A DNA stretch of 63,966 nt, the filler included, from Dirinaria sp. TL-2023a (taxonomy: Eukaryota): NCBI GenBank assembly GCA_051941275.1. It is 3 parts of 3 records of this genome, joined end to end, with 100 filler letters (N's around TTAATTAATTAA, not from the genome) between each part and the next. Parts side by side here need not be neighbours in the genome. Positions count along the whole stretch, not along the records: positions 1 to 21,899 come from JAVEBF010000243.1; positions 22,000 to 43,840 come from JAVEBF010000244.1; 1 more part is not named here. One strand, given 5' to 3'. Below are positions 12,920 to 23,739 of this stretch, piece after piece. A program made the position numbers and the translations under genes. A model generated the notes under the pieces. It was not told where the DNA came from. It did not search any database and worked only from the letters and a program-made list of their open reading frames with translations. Within the stretch, counting starts at the first letter, position 1; each line of letters begins with the position of its first letter.

Positions 12920-14927
12920 TCAGTGATTGAGTTTATGATTATTACGATATGTTTCTGATATGCCACAACCAAAGCCGAAAAGAAGCAAAATGCCATTGAA
13001 GCCCGACAACATGTAGAACGGGGCTGATGGCGATGCCACATCAAATAGATAGCCGCCTAGTTTGGTCAGTAGCAAAATTCCAGCGCCACCTGCAAGTGAA
13101 TAGACACCGGCGATTGAACCTTTTATGTGTTCTCGGGTGTCATAGGTCTCTGAATCCTGTCGCAGCAGGCTGCTTGTCTCCGTGACCTCTCTGCAGCTCT
13201 CACTGCTGTCCGTGACCTCATACCGTGGGCTGTCCGATTGTAAACCATGCGAATTGGATGTCCTTGGGCTCGGGGTGAGAACATAGCGTCCTAAGAGGCC
13301 CAAGCTGCATACTATAGAGCCGATTTGACTGATGCCAAGCAAACAGACGACAATGAATACCGCGGGAGTCCCATTTGGACCACTTGGCTCGGGACTTCGT
13401 AGTAAAGCTAGTGCAAGGTATCCAATGATGCCGGCTATTGCCGCAAGGAGAATAGGAACGTTGAATCTTCGAGATCTGTCGGCCAAATATCCAAACACAG
13501 GGGCGAAGAAAAGAGCAATGAGCTGGGAGACTCCTGAAAGCTCTGCTGCAAGTATGTAGGCTCGCCGACATCCCTCTTTGACTTCTCCAGGACTGTGTAC
13601 CAACTCTCGGCAACGATTCGACGAGACAAAGTACGCATTAACATATAAAGGTATAAACAAAGAAATACCCACAGACGATGCGCGGGCGACGAAGCCTCCA
13701 ATGTATGCTAAAGCCAATTGTGGGGTGGTGAAGCCAAGATTGATGGCTTCAAGTAAGACCTTGGGAGATGAGGTTTGCTTCGTGTTGTTCTTGTGATGCC
13801 AGCTCCAACTCTTTGTTTCCTCACCCCGAAGGTTTCGCAGACCGAGTATACACACTAGACAAACTATGAATGCTATCGCACCTACAATGTAATAGCTGTA
13901 AGCCACGGCGGACCCCTTATCTATTCCGCGTTCTCCGAAAAAGGCCGGCAAAGGTAGGAAGAGACCCAAGGCTACTAGAGCACCACAGCCCGTGAACAGC
14001 CCAACAAAGCCAGCAACTCGAGTAGTAGACGGAGAATTTGCAGCACCAGCAGATATCTTGATGCCATTATTATTTGTGCGTCGGTGTCGGTGCTGGGTAA
14101 TGGCCACTTCTGACAATGGCGACGGAGGTGTCAATGGTCCGTTGCCTGATGCGTTTGCCACTGTCGTATCCAATGTAGGTGTTTCACCAAGAGAAACCAT
14201 GGATGGGAGCACGGCCGTGACCATAGTTGAAGTAGCTGCTCCACCAAGGCTGAAAAATATTCTTGCAAGTAACAATTGCGGGAACACATTGCTCGCTTGA
14301 ACGAAGAGGAAAAGTGCAAGACCCACGATAGCATAACCTAGCACACAAACCTATTCCAATAGTAAGCAATCATGCGCTATAGCGTGCAGTAGTAGTTTGC
14401 ATGAGCTTCCCCTCACATATTATATGAGGAGATTGGCGATCAAGAAAATAATCTCTTCAGCATTGTAGCTGAGTAGAAATATGTAGCAGAAGTGGTGCAT
14501 CGCAGACGTAGAATTTTACGGCTATGGAGATACCTCAGGTTCAAGCTCTGAACGCTTGCAGCGGTAAAACAGCCATGTACGCCGTCGTCTGCTGGGTTTC
14601 AGGACCAGATATAATTTCCACATGTCACAACGGGGTGGCCAAACTATGTCGACTTTCATTGAAAACTGATGCAGATGAGGAGATAACACTCACACTCCGA
14701 ACTCCAATCCGATCAGAGGCCATACCCCACAACGGACAAGCCAGCAGTGCAACGAGCTCATCTACAAAGCCTAATGTGCCCACAGCATTGCCAACACCAT
14801 CTTTCTTTCCAATTAGATCGGTGATAACAAATGAGACTGACGAGTTGAGGAAGACCAAGAAGGAGATGGAGAATAGGCAGACACCGAAAAGGTATGACAG
14901 CAATTGGCTCCAAGTGGCCGTGAACAT
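12920..14927 (-). CDS. Major facilitator superfamily transporter; exons 14927-14694 and 14350-12920
   Basis: About 12 hydrophobic segments; MFS motif A-like WGMASDRIGVRS and FGYLADRSRR; GTGAGT...TAG intron of 343 nt. Confidence 0.88.
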
Positions 14928-15579
14928 GGTGACGCAATGGAGTGGAGGTTCTTTCTACCCTTGGATTGAGGGAGCGTTTGGATCATCAAGATCTAGTGTT
15001 GGCCACGAGTATGCATGAGTATGGCAACCGTAGGCATTTTCCTCTCCAGCAGTGACAAAGTGGAGTCCGGCTGGCGACGAATCGAGTGGTCAGTGGTGAA
15101 TAGGAGTATAAGATAAAAAGGAATACCTTACTGTATGTACACTGGAGTAAGGTTGGTAAGGTACAGGTACAGTACCTTACCTCGCTCCTCTAATAGGTGG
15201 GTAATATTTAACATGAGTAATCAAGGGGATGCCAAGGCTGAAGCCCGAGTTTTGGCTTTCTCTATTCTCGGTAGTTCAGGTTTCAGCGCTTTACCACTGT
15301 ACGTACGTACCTTACTTACTGTACTTACCATAAGGTAGTTACCTATCACTTCAACCTTCTGCTTTACTTGATTGCCCATGGCTATCATCAAACCCTAACT
15401 ACTCCAGAATTCCCGAGAAGCCTCAAGTCATCGTCAGTCCCGTATCGTGTAGAAAGACATTCGTGGCCATGCGTTCATGATAGTCTATGACCTTTTTTGC
15501 CAGTCCCGATTCCGCAGGGTGCATCAAGATACCGATTTGCCGGTAGCTTTACGCTGCTTTGTTGTTCGCTTTGGTAGCA

Positions 15580-16760
15580 ATGGCGCTCGCGAGAACGCTA
15601 CGACGAACGAACCCTATAACCGTTATCCTCGCAGGAGTCCTGTCTTTCGGCTTCCTCATCTTCCTCTTATCGCCATCCTCCAATGCTGCAGCTCTGTCGA
15701 CAGCGAAACGAAAATTCAATAATGCCGCTGCTCACCCACTCTCTCCTCCTACAGCTCCTTTTAAAAAACCACTCGCGCCTGCCAACGGCGAGCAAGTTCC
15801 TCCTCCTGTGGTCCACTACCATATGAATAACCTGACCACAACCATTGATCCAATCGGCAATCAAGAAACCGTCTTAATCCTCTCACCCCTGGCTCGCTTC
15901 TATCAGGGCTACTGGGACAACCTTCTAACGCTCACGTACCCCCATTCACTCATCGCTCTGGGCTTCATTATCCCTAAGACCCGTGAAGGCAACGCAGCAA
16001 CTGCGGCTCTTCAAGCCGCCATTGCAACTACCCAGTCGGGCTCTGAAGAGAAGCGCTTTGCTAGTATAACCATCCTCCGTCAAGACTTCGATCCTCCAAT
16101 CCCCTCTCAAGAGGAAGCTGAGCGGCATAAAAAGGAAAATCAGCGAGCACGGCGTGCGGCGATGTCACGAGCTCGGAACTCTCTTGTCTTCACCACGATT
16201 GGGCCCTCGACCTCTTGGGTCCTATGGCTGGATGCCGATATAATCGAGACACCGCCAACACTGATCCAAGACCTAGCATCTCATGACAAGCCAATATTAG
16301 TGCCGAATTGTTTCCAAAGATTCAAGGACGAACATGGTCAACCCGATACACGACCCTACGACTACAATTCGTGGCAGGATAGCGACGCAGCTGCGAAGTT
16401 GGCAGCCAACATGCCTGCCGACGAGATTTTGTTGGAGGGTTACGCAGACATGCCCACGTACAGGACGTTGATGGCCATGGTAGCAGACAAATCCGAGGGT
16501 CGGGATCAAAGAGCCATAATTCCACTTGACGGAGTTGGAGGGACAGCGCTGTTGGTGAAGGCTGATGTCCACCGAGATGGGGCTATGTTTCCACCCTTTC
16601 CTTTCTACCATTTAATGGAAACGGAGGGTTTTGCGAAGATGGCAAGGCGACTGGGATGGAGTTGTTGGGGTCTACCCAATTATTTCGTAAGGCCTGGCTC
16701 GTGAAGTAGGACTAGGAGTTGGACTAACGGCGTATTTAGGTATATCACTACAACGAATGA
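15580..16760 (+). CDS. MNN9: Mannan polymerase subunit Mnn9 (Anp1/GT62 family); intron 16687-16739
   Basis: Type II membrane anchor, ITILRQDF, WVLWLDADI (DxD), LDGVGGTALLVKADVHRDGAMFP, ETEGFAKMA, GLPNYF|VYHYNE*. Confidence 0.93.
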
Positions 16761-17201
16761 CCTCGCCGCCCGCGTGTTCTTGAGTCTTCGGTTCGATAGT
16801 TGATATGCGTTTTACGGTACATATACATACGAGCGAGGTCTGCATGGCGAGGTTTGGCGTTCAGAGACTACGGCGATGTCTTGTTGGAGGTAAATATTGC
16901 GATCGAGAGCGTGAAAATTTCTCGCAGTCTTTGGGGAAATCGGAAGTAGAGGTCTATATATTGGTATCTTTGGACAGGTCTGGGAGTCTACTGGCTCTTC
17001 GTTGAGCATCTAGTGGATCATGAGAGGCTGCGGCATAGTTGCTAGGGTCATATATCACTTTTTTATGTGTTGTTGGGGCGATACAGAGTTAGGGTATATG
17101 AATCCTACCCTGCCTTAGAATAGAATCGCTCAATGTCATCACGCTATGGTCCCTCGCCAACTTCCCTTATTCCTTGATCATTTATACCAACAGCGTCTAA
17201 G

Positions 17202-18470
17202 ATGACTCAGGTGAATGCTTTACCAGCAAGAACTCCCAATGCCAGGCAGCTGCCACGGCTCACGCCGCGCCAAAAACCCTCTCGTCCTAACCCGCAGCCA
17301 GTACCAGAAGCGCCGCCCTTACCATCGCCCTCCGACGACGCACGCAATATCGGCTTTACGCGACCCACGCGGCGAGTCTTGAGTTCTCACGACCACGAGC
17401 TTTTCCAAAGCTCGCCGACTTACACCCTGATTCTATCCTTTATCTTCTCCCTCTCAGATGCGGCCGCGGACAAGAAGATCTCATCCATAACCCACAACAG
17501 CGCCGAAGTCCCTATAATTCGCCAAATCCTCGCCATCCTTTCCGACATCGACGCGGTCCAAGACTCGTGCCCGGCAGCGGAGCAAGGAGGCTCTCGCTTC
17601 GGGAACCCGGCCTTCCGCGTCTTCCTCGACACCTTATCTACGCAGAGCCCCCGTTGGCACGAATCACTCGGTGTCACAGATCCGCAGGCCGAGGAAGAAC
17701 TGTCCGCATACCTGCTGCAATCATTCGGAGACCGGGCACGGATTGATTATGGCTCCGGGCACGAACTCAACTTCATCGTTTGGCTGCTATGCCTCAACCG
17801 GCTCTCGTTGCTTCCCGAAAGCGAGCTGGCCGCGACCGCCCTGGTGCTGTTCCCCCGCTACGTGCGCCTGATGCGCAAGCTGCAGACGACCTACTACCTC
17901 GAGCCCGCTGGCTCCCAGGGGGTGTGGGGCCTGGACGATTACCATTTCCTGCCCTTTCTGTTCGGTGCTTCGCAGCTGCTCCACCATCCGTATATTCGGC
18001 CCATGAGCATTCATAATGAGAATGTGCTTGAAGAGGAAGGGGATGAGTACCTTTACTTAGACATGGTGCGGTGGACGATGGCCTCGAAGACGGTCAAGGG
18101 GTTGAAGTGGACACAGCCCATGCTGGATGATATTTCGGGAGCGAAGAGCTGGGAAAAGGTCGAGCAGGGCATGCGGAGGATGTTTGTCAAGGAGGTGCTC
18201 GGGAAACTGCCCGTGATGCAGCATTTCCTCTTCGGAGGCTTGATACCCGCTGCCGCGAGTATGGGCAGGCAGGCAGAGGTCGGTTTAGATTCGCGAACCG
18301 AAGAAATAGAAGATGACGAACATGCTGCGCAGGGACGTGGAGGGGCCCACGTGCACAGAAACGATGCATGGGGCGAGTGCTGTGGCATTAAAATACCTAG
18401 CATGGTTGCAGCCGCAGAAGAGGGTCGGAAGCAACGTAGCGAACAACTTCGCAGGGTACCTTTTGATTGA
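17202..18470 (+). CDS. RRD2: PP2A activator (PTPA family), Rrd2/Ypa2 type
   Basis: SRFGNPAFR, RIDYGSGHELNF, YYLEPAGSQGVWGLDDYHFLPFLFG, and C-terminal WGECCGIKIPS typical of Rrd2. Confidence 0.9.
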   Translation: MTQVNALPARTPNARQLPRLTPRQKPSRPNPQPVPEAPPLPSPSDDARNIGFTRPTRRVLSSHDHELFQSSPTYTLILSFIFSLSDAAADKKISSITHNSAEVPIIRQILAILSDIDAVQDSCPAAEQGGSRFGNPAFRVFLDTLSTQSPRWHESLGVTDPQAEEELSAYLLQSFGDRARIDYGSGHELNFIVWLLCLNRLSLLPESELAATALVLFPRYVRLMRKLQTTYYLEPAGSQGVWGLDDYHFLPFLFGASQLLHHPYIRPMSIHNENVLEEEGDEYLYLDMVRWTMASKTVKGLKWTQPMLDDISGAKSWEKVEQGMRRMFVKEVLGKLPVMQHFLFGGLIPAAASMGRQAEVGLDSRTEEIEDDEHAAQGRGGAHVHRNDAWGECCGIKIPSMVAAAEEGRKQRSEQLRRVPFD

Positions 18471-18608
18471 GATCGAAAAGCTACCGAGTCTGCGTTTTGG
18501 CTATTCATGCGCTCGTAGATTTTCCTAGGCTGTTTGCCATCCGCCGAAACGCCCATATATACCCAGGCTATGCATGTAATAAATATACAACGATGCAGGT
18601 TATTCTCA

Positions 18609-19245
18609 TCATCGCCCTCTCCACTTTTCCTCCTCACAGTAGAACCTCACCAAAGCCTCTGCACCGACCACGTCGCCTTCTCTGAGGAGCGCGGCCACTT
18701 CTAGGTTCAACGGACTGTCCGGTGCAGGATAAGCGAGTAGCTGATGGACGGCGCCGAGGGTGCTTGCGATGGTGTATGCAGGTGTCCAGGAGGTTTTCAA
18801 GAGATCAAGGCATATCTCACCGGTCTAGATAATCATCAGACCCCTTGTGTGAGTCTATCTTGACCGGCCACTGGGACCGACTAACCTTGAAATTGATATT
18901 CGGGTGGCAGATCGGCGTATCGAATCTGATATTTGGCGGAGCCAGCGGGTATGAGTCCGGGACTCGAATCAACAGCTTCCAAAGACCGGCTATATATACC
19001 ATTTTTGCATGAGCATAATGCTTTTAGACTTGTTTTATTTTTTTTTCACACGCGCGCGAAGAGGAAATACCCTCGTATGCTGTCCCCGGCACACCCTTCA
19101 TGACGGCTTCCCATGTTAGGATCTCATCATCGGATACTGGGCCCACGGAGACGAGGAAGGGCGGCTGCTCCTGTCTCTGTGCCTGCAGCTCATAGAGGAG
19201 TCGCTTTTTGGATGGTGGTGTTTCGGAGCGCGGCTTCGACGCCAT
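18609..19245 (-). CDS. PEX4: Peroxisomal ubiquitin-conjugating enzyme (3 exons)
   Basis: UBC fold: WEAVMKGVPGTAYE|AGLWKL...YPLAPPNIRFDTPICHPNINFK|TGEICLDLLKTSWTPAY...PDSPLNLEVAALLREGD; this tail is characteristic of Pex4/Ubc10. Confidence 0.85.
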
Positions 19246-19595
19246 CAATCAATCAATCAATCGTAAATGGAAGAATTATTCCGACATGATAGTATGGTTC
19301 GCGAGGGTGAGATAGGTCGAGGTGGAAGGAGGATGAGGTACAGGCGCATTGGGTTATTAGCTCGTGAATGCTCGGCATTTCCTCGGATGTGCTAGAATAC
19401 GGAGTCTCGGAGTGCGTTTGGTACGGAGTTACCTCGGGAGTTCGGCTCGCTCCGTACGTCATCCAGAAATCGATTTACATGTGTACCTACCACTATTCTT
19501 TACCGCAATTCGAGAAATCGAATTGAAACACTGCATTGCACTACCTTGATTTTTCACTGTCCTTGTTAAGCACAGTTCATTGACCGTCAGCGCGA

Positions 19596-20458
19596 ATGGC
19601 TCATTCACCAGAAGAAGCTGCACTGCCTGCTGTACAACATTCAGACGGCTCAGCAGCATACTCACACAACGGCTATACAATACTCGGCACGGTGAATGGT
19701 CCCATCGAAGCTCAAAGGAGGGATGAGTTGCCGGAGGAAGCTTTTGTGGACGTCGTGGTAAGACCTGCTGCCGGTCTCGGAGGTATTGACAGCCTCCCAG
19801 TGATCACGCGCAGCAGTTCTAACCGTTGGCCCAGGTGTGAGAGAGAAATATCTTGGAACCTTGGTCCAAAGCGCACTTCGCCACATCATTCTGGTCTCGG
19901 CCCATCCCCGCACCTTGATCCAGATCACCCTTCAAGTCATTTCGACGCAAGAACATGCGCTACATAATGTACTTCTACACGATGCAGCCTCAGTAGGCAC
20001 CTTGGCCTTGTCCTTCTCAGACCTTCTAACGTTGCAATCAGGATATAGCACTACTCCCTAGCCTCTTGCAGACCTCCTTGCTCGCGCTCCTTTCTTCCTC
20101 GGTATCCTTGGAGTCGGTCTTTACATCGGCGTCAATAGCCGTTGATCAGTACGGGGCACAGATCTACGATCCTTCGGCGCAACAGGCACAAAATGCGACA
20201 TCCTTGCATGTGTTCTGTTTTACATCACTGGGAGACCTTCTTCTTACGCAGAGCGCCGGGCATTTCTCCATTGAAACTTGGGAGACAGCATTGAAGCTGG
20301 CAACGGCCAGATGTCGTGGGAAGCACCCAGACTTAAGTGATCCTGGACACAGAACCAGCATGGACTCGATTGAGGCGCCGAATCTGGAAGACAGTCTTAA
20401 AGCTAAAGTGCAGAAGCAGGTCGTGGAACAGCAACGATGGAGGGGCGATCAAATTTAA
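19596..20458 (+). CDS. RRP46: Exosome RNase PH-like subunit (3 exons)
   Basis: DGSAAYS...VNGPIEAQRRDELPEEAFVDVVVRPAAG, HPRTLIQITLQV, SLHVFCFTSLGDLLL. Confidence 0.88.
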
Positions 20459-21352
20459 CGTAGTTGACACTACCTTTTCATAATGCCTCGACAAAACCTC
20501 ACGCCCCTGCTCAATGAGAGGATTCTCAACGCATTCTAATGCTTCCAGACACATTTCTGTGGTTCTAAAAGTCCGAGCGCAGTGGAGAGCGACTACCTTA
20601 TCCCCAACCTCGCAGAATGGTGTCAAGCGTGGCCAAAGTCAGCTCGTTCGCAAGTATTGGATAAGTTCAAGCAGCGCCCAATGGCCGAATGAGTGACCAG
20701 TGTTAACGGTAGCCAAAAGCCTACAGATTACCATGTCACCAACTTCGCCAATTCTGCAGCGAGGCGGCATCGCATGCACGCTAAGTCATTGAGGCAAGTT
20801 GGCATCAGGCATGTGCGATTGAGATGAGGAGCATGATGCGAACAAGCTGAACTGCCGACATAGGTAAACTTGCACATGGCTCCCCTGGCTAATAATGTAT
20901 CACGACCGTCACGGTTCTGTGGCACGGTCCCCCCGCCAGGCTTCTGGAGCATTACTACCTTACCTTGCGACTGTTTGAGGAATGAGAAGTGCATGAAAGC
21001 TGACAGGAGGTGGCGTCACACCTAGAGTGATGAAGCCCGAGATTAGCGAGCTTGGCCTCCGTCGCTAGAAGCTCGAATAGTCCCTCAAATTCATGCTGAA
21101 AGGCAGAGTACTGTATAAAGCATAGTCTTGGTTAAAGATCGTGCCATTGGCATCTTCTACCTAGGATCCAGAAAGAAAACAAATCTGTCAACGCTGAATA
21201 GAGAGAAGTGAAAAATACTCTGCCAGATTTTGCTCTCCTTTTTTTTTTTTTTGGTGATCGCGAACCTCGGTCCAATCGGTCCGCCATTCCGACCATTATC
21301 ATATCTAATCTGAAAGCTTGACGTACTTTGTAAAGTGCTGACGCGCTGCCGC

Positions 21353-21899
21353 ATGGCTGACTACAGGTATGTGTAAGCTACCGCAAAGTCCGACTGCAAT
21401 GATGAAATCAAGTTGACTGAGTTTGCTTGCCATGTAGTTATGCCTCAGACGTGGCGGCGACCATCGACGGGGTCCGCCATACATCCCACGACGACGACCG
21501 CCGCCGCCGACGCCGATACTCGGACCCACCACCACTAGACTTGTCGTCGATGGCGGACCGGCAATTCTGTTCCATCATCGGCAGCGATCTGCTGCGGAAC
21601 TATTCGGTCAATCTCGATCCCGTGAGCACGAACGTCAATAGTTCGCTGCTGGGCAGGGAAGAGGAGGTCAACAGCAACGAGGCCAATTTGAGCTCAAATC
21701 GGAAGGACAGCTCATCCTGGGGGAATGATGATGATGATGGATCGCCGCTATCGCCCAACTCGAAGCCGTTTTTCTTTCTTCGCAAGAACAATAACAATTC
21801 CTTTCTCGCCCACCGCACCGAGCCCGCAACCCCTGGAGAACCCCCTACTCCGAAGCAGAACCCGATTCCGAAAACACCCGTCGCCCGTTCTTCCATCAC
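21353..21899 (+). CDS. Hypothetical protein, 5' part only (cut by the gap); intron 21367-21437
   Basis: ATG GCT GAC TAC AG|GTATGT...TGTAG|T TAT GCC splices into the open frame of the 21427 ORF (MADYSYASDVAATIDG...RRYSDPPPLD...). No recognisable domain. Confidence 0.55.
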
Positions 21900-21999
21900 N
21901 NNNNNNNNNNNNNNNNNNNNNNNNNNNNNNNNNNNNNNNNNNNTTAATTAATTAANNNNNNNNNNNNNNNNNNNNNNNNNNNNNNNNNNNNNNNNNNNN
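21900..21999. other. Artificial contig linker (N44-TTAATTAATTAA-N44)
   Basis: Symmetric N runs around a 12-mer with stop codons in all six frames. Confidence 0.97.
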
Positions 22000-22609
22000 T
22001 TGCAGATGTGATGAACTCACGGTTGCATCATGAACGTCTACAATATCAATGTCAATAGATTGATTGAAAGCATCGCGATAGAACATAATACAATACTGAT
22101 GGCGATGAGTTTGAGCATGCAAAGGATATAACTAATGACTATCACACACGATATTCTGACAAGTCTGACGACGCAAATTACAAAGCATCAAACATCGACA
22201 ATGAGATCAACAAACGCAGAAGCCTTAGGCACACATAGGAGTTAAACACCTTGACCTAAAATTGAATAACCTTATTTCAGCTGCAACAGGGACGTTGCTT
22301 ATTGAAGGGGGGGGGTAATGTCATGAATCAGACCCCTATGAGCCTGATCACATGATTGGGTCACATGGTTGCATGGATCCTGAAGCAGAGTCTCTGGATA
22401 TCACATGTGTGTGGAAAGGTCTATATCAAGTGTTTTGCTAGAGGTGTTGTGTTTTTGCCTGATCAGGTTTAGCGTTCTCGGACCGGTGTTGTTCCGATCC
22501 CATATTTAAATCTACCTGTATTTAGATTTCCTTTTCCTTTTCTTCTTCATAGATAGTGTCCTAGTCTAGTAGTACCCATATGCCTATGAGCGCTGTGCAG
22601 GCCATGACA
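22000..22609 (+). mobile_element. 3' end of a RIP-mutated Ty3/gypsy (chromovirus) retrotransposon: chromodomain remnant, PPT, 3' LTR 22319-22609
   Basis: 22008-22166 reads VMNSRLHHERLQYQCQ*ID*KHRDRT*YNTDGDEFEHAKDITNDYHTRYSDKS, with stops at chromodomain Trp positions. Purine tract GAAG9 sits just before a 291-bp TGTCATG...CATGACA unit. Confidence 0.88.
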
Positions 22610-22879
22610 ATAAAACGTATATGCAGAGCATTAAGTTTGTTTAACTTGAAAGTATTGAAAGATCTACACACGATGATTTATAGGTTTTACGGTTTTTCTG
22701 ATTCGAGCTAATTTTTTGATGAGGTGCGTATCAAAAAAGTGACGTTTTACCGAATCGGACCAGAATTTTGCAACCAACGATAATGCTACTATAATTCGAA
22801 CTCATTGCTGTCGTATTTACTATGAGCTTATTATACTGTGTATCACACAGTCGTATCATCTCACAGCGACCCACTCGTG

Positions 22880-23301
22880 ATTGAATATATAGATACTCGT
22901 AATAAAGTAATCTCTCTACAGCTCGGATCTGAACATACTAAGCATCTCTGGTTTCTACCTAAAGAAGCAGTATACAAAGTTAATCCTGATATAGAAAACA
23001 TGTCAGGCGACGAGGAGGATCAGCTAAAGTGGTCTTGTTTGACGTTTTATTTGAGGTATGAGGAATGCTAGATGACTGTTACGACCCTGGAAACACCAAG
23101 TAGTAAGATAGGCAACCAAGTCGCCGACTTGGTCTAGTTGGTCTTTTGGTAACGATCTTATCGGGACTTTACCTATGGAAAACCTATCTAACCAAAGATT
23201 GGGTCTCTGACAATGACTACTACTTGCATAACCTGGTATGGAATATGGAAAAGAGGGTAAATGCGCTGATTAGATCAGAAGGGTGGTATACTAAATACTA
23301 A
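22880..23301 (+). mobile_element. RIP-degraded Tc1/mariner (impala-like) transposase C-terminal remnant
   Basis: TAA TCT CTC TAC AGC TCG GAT CTG AAC is a RIP version of WPPYSPDLN; followed by HLWFL.KEAVYK and terminal LHNLVWNMEKRVNALIRSEGWYTKY*. Confidence 0.85.
23077..23212. mobile_element. 136-bp solo LTR-like insertion within the Tc1 remnant
   Basis: TGTTAC...CTGACA termini, ATGAC direct repeats at 23072-23076 and 23213-23217; removal restores the transposase frame. Confidence 0.85.
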
Positions 23302-23739
23302 AACATCAAAAATTCTAGGATATGTAGTATGTCCGCATGTAAATTATACATTATCTAATTGAGCTTTGCAATGCAATACGTCGTCTTCAATCATTGTGGT
23401 TATGTAGGTGATTTTTCTGTGGGTGCGGGTTCGCGGAGACTTTTGCCTGAGGACTGTAAAAGTGCGCATTCGAGGTAGATTCTAGACTGAAGTGGCTCAG
23501 CAGTGTGAGCAATACGAATCAATGAGATTGCAAAATAGTTGATTCGTACATTATGGAGTGAATATATACGAACTGCGCTGATTCCTGGAAGTCTATCGAA
23601 TAATGGACTACGCTCCAGCGACGTAGTAGCAGAAGGTCAGGACACTTGTGAGGCAAATCAAAACTTTTATATGGCTGCATAAGCGATGATGTTTGAGTGC
23701 TCGCATGTGATGTACACTCCGCTGGACAAACTTAGCCGC

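Noticed and set aside
14351..14693. Long MFS intron as a snoRNA host or nested intron
   Set aside because: No convincing C/D or H/ACA boxes or internal splice set visible by eye.
21398..21420. Box C (ATGATGA) and box D (CTGA) in the 21367-21437 intron
   Set aside because: They span only about 23 nt, too short for a C/D snoRNA.
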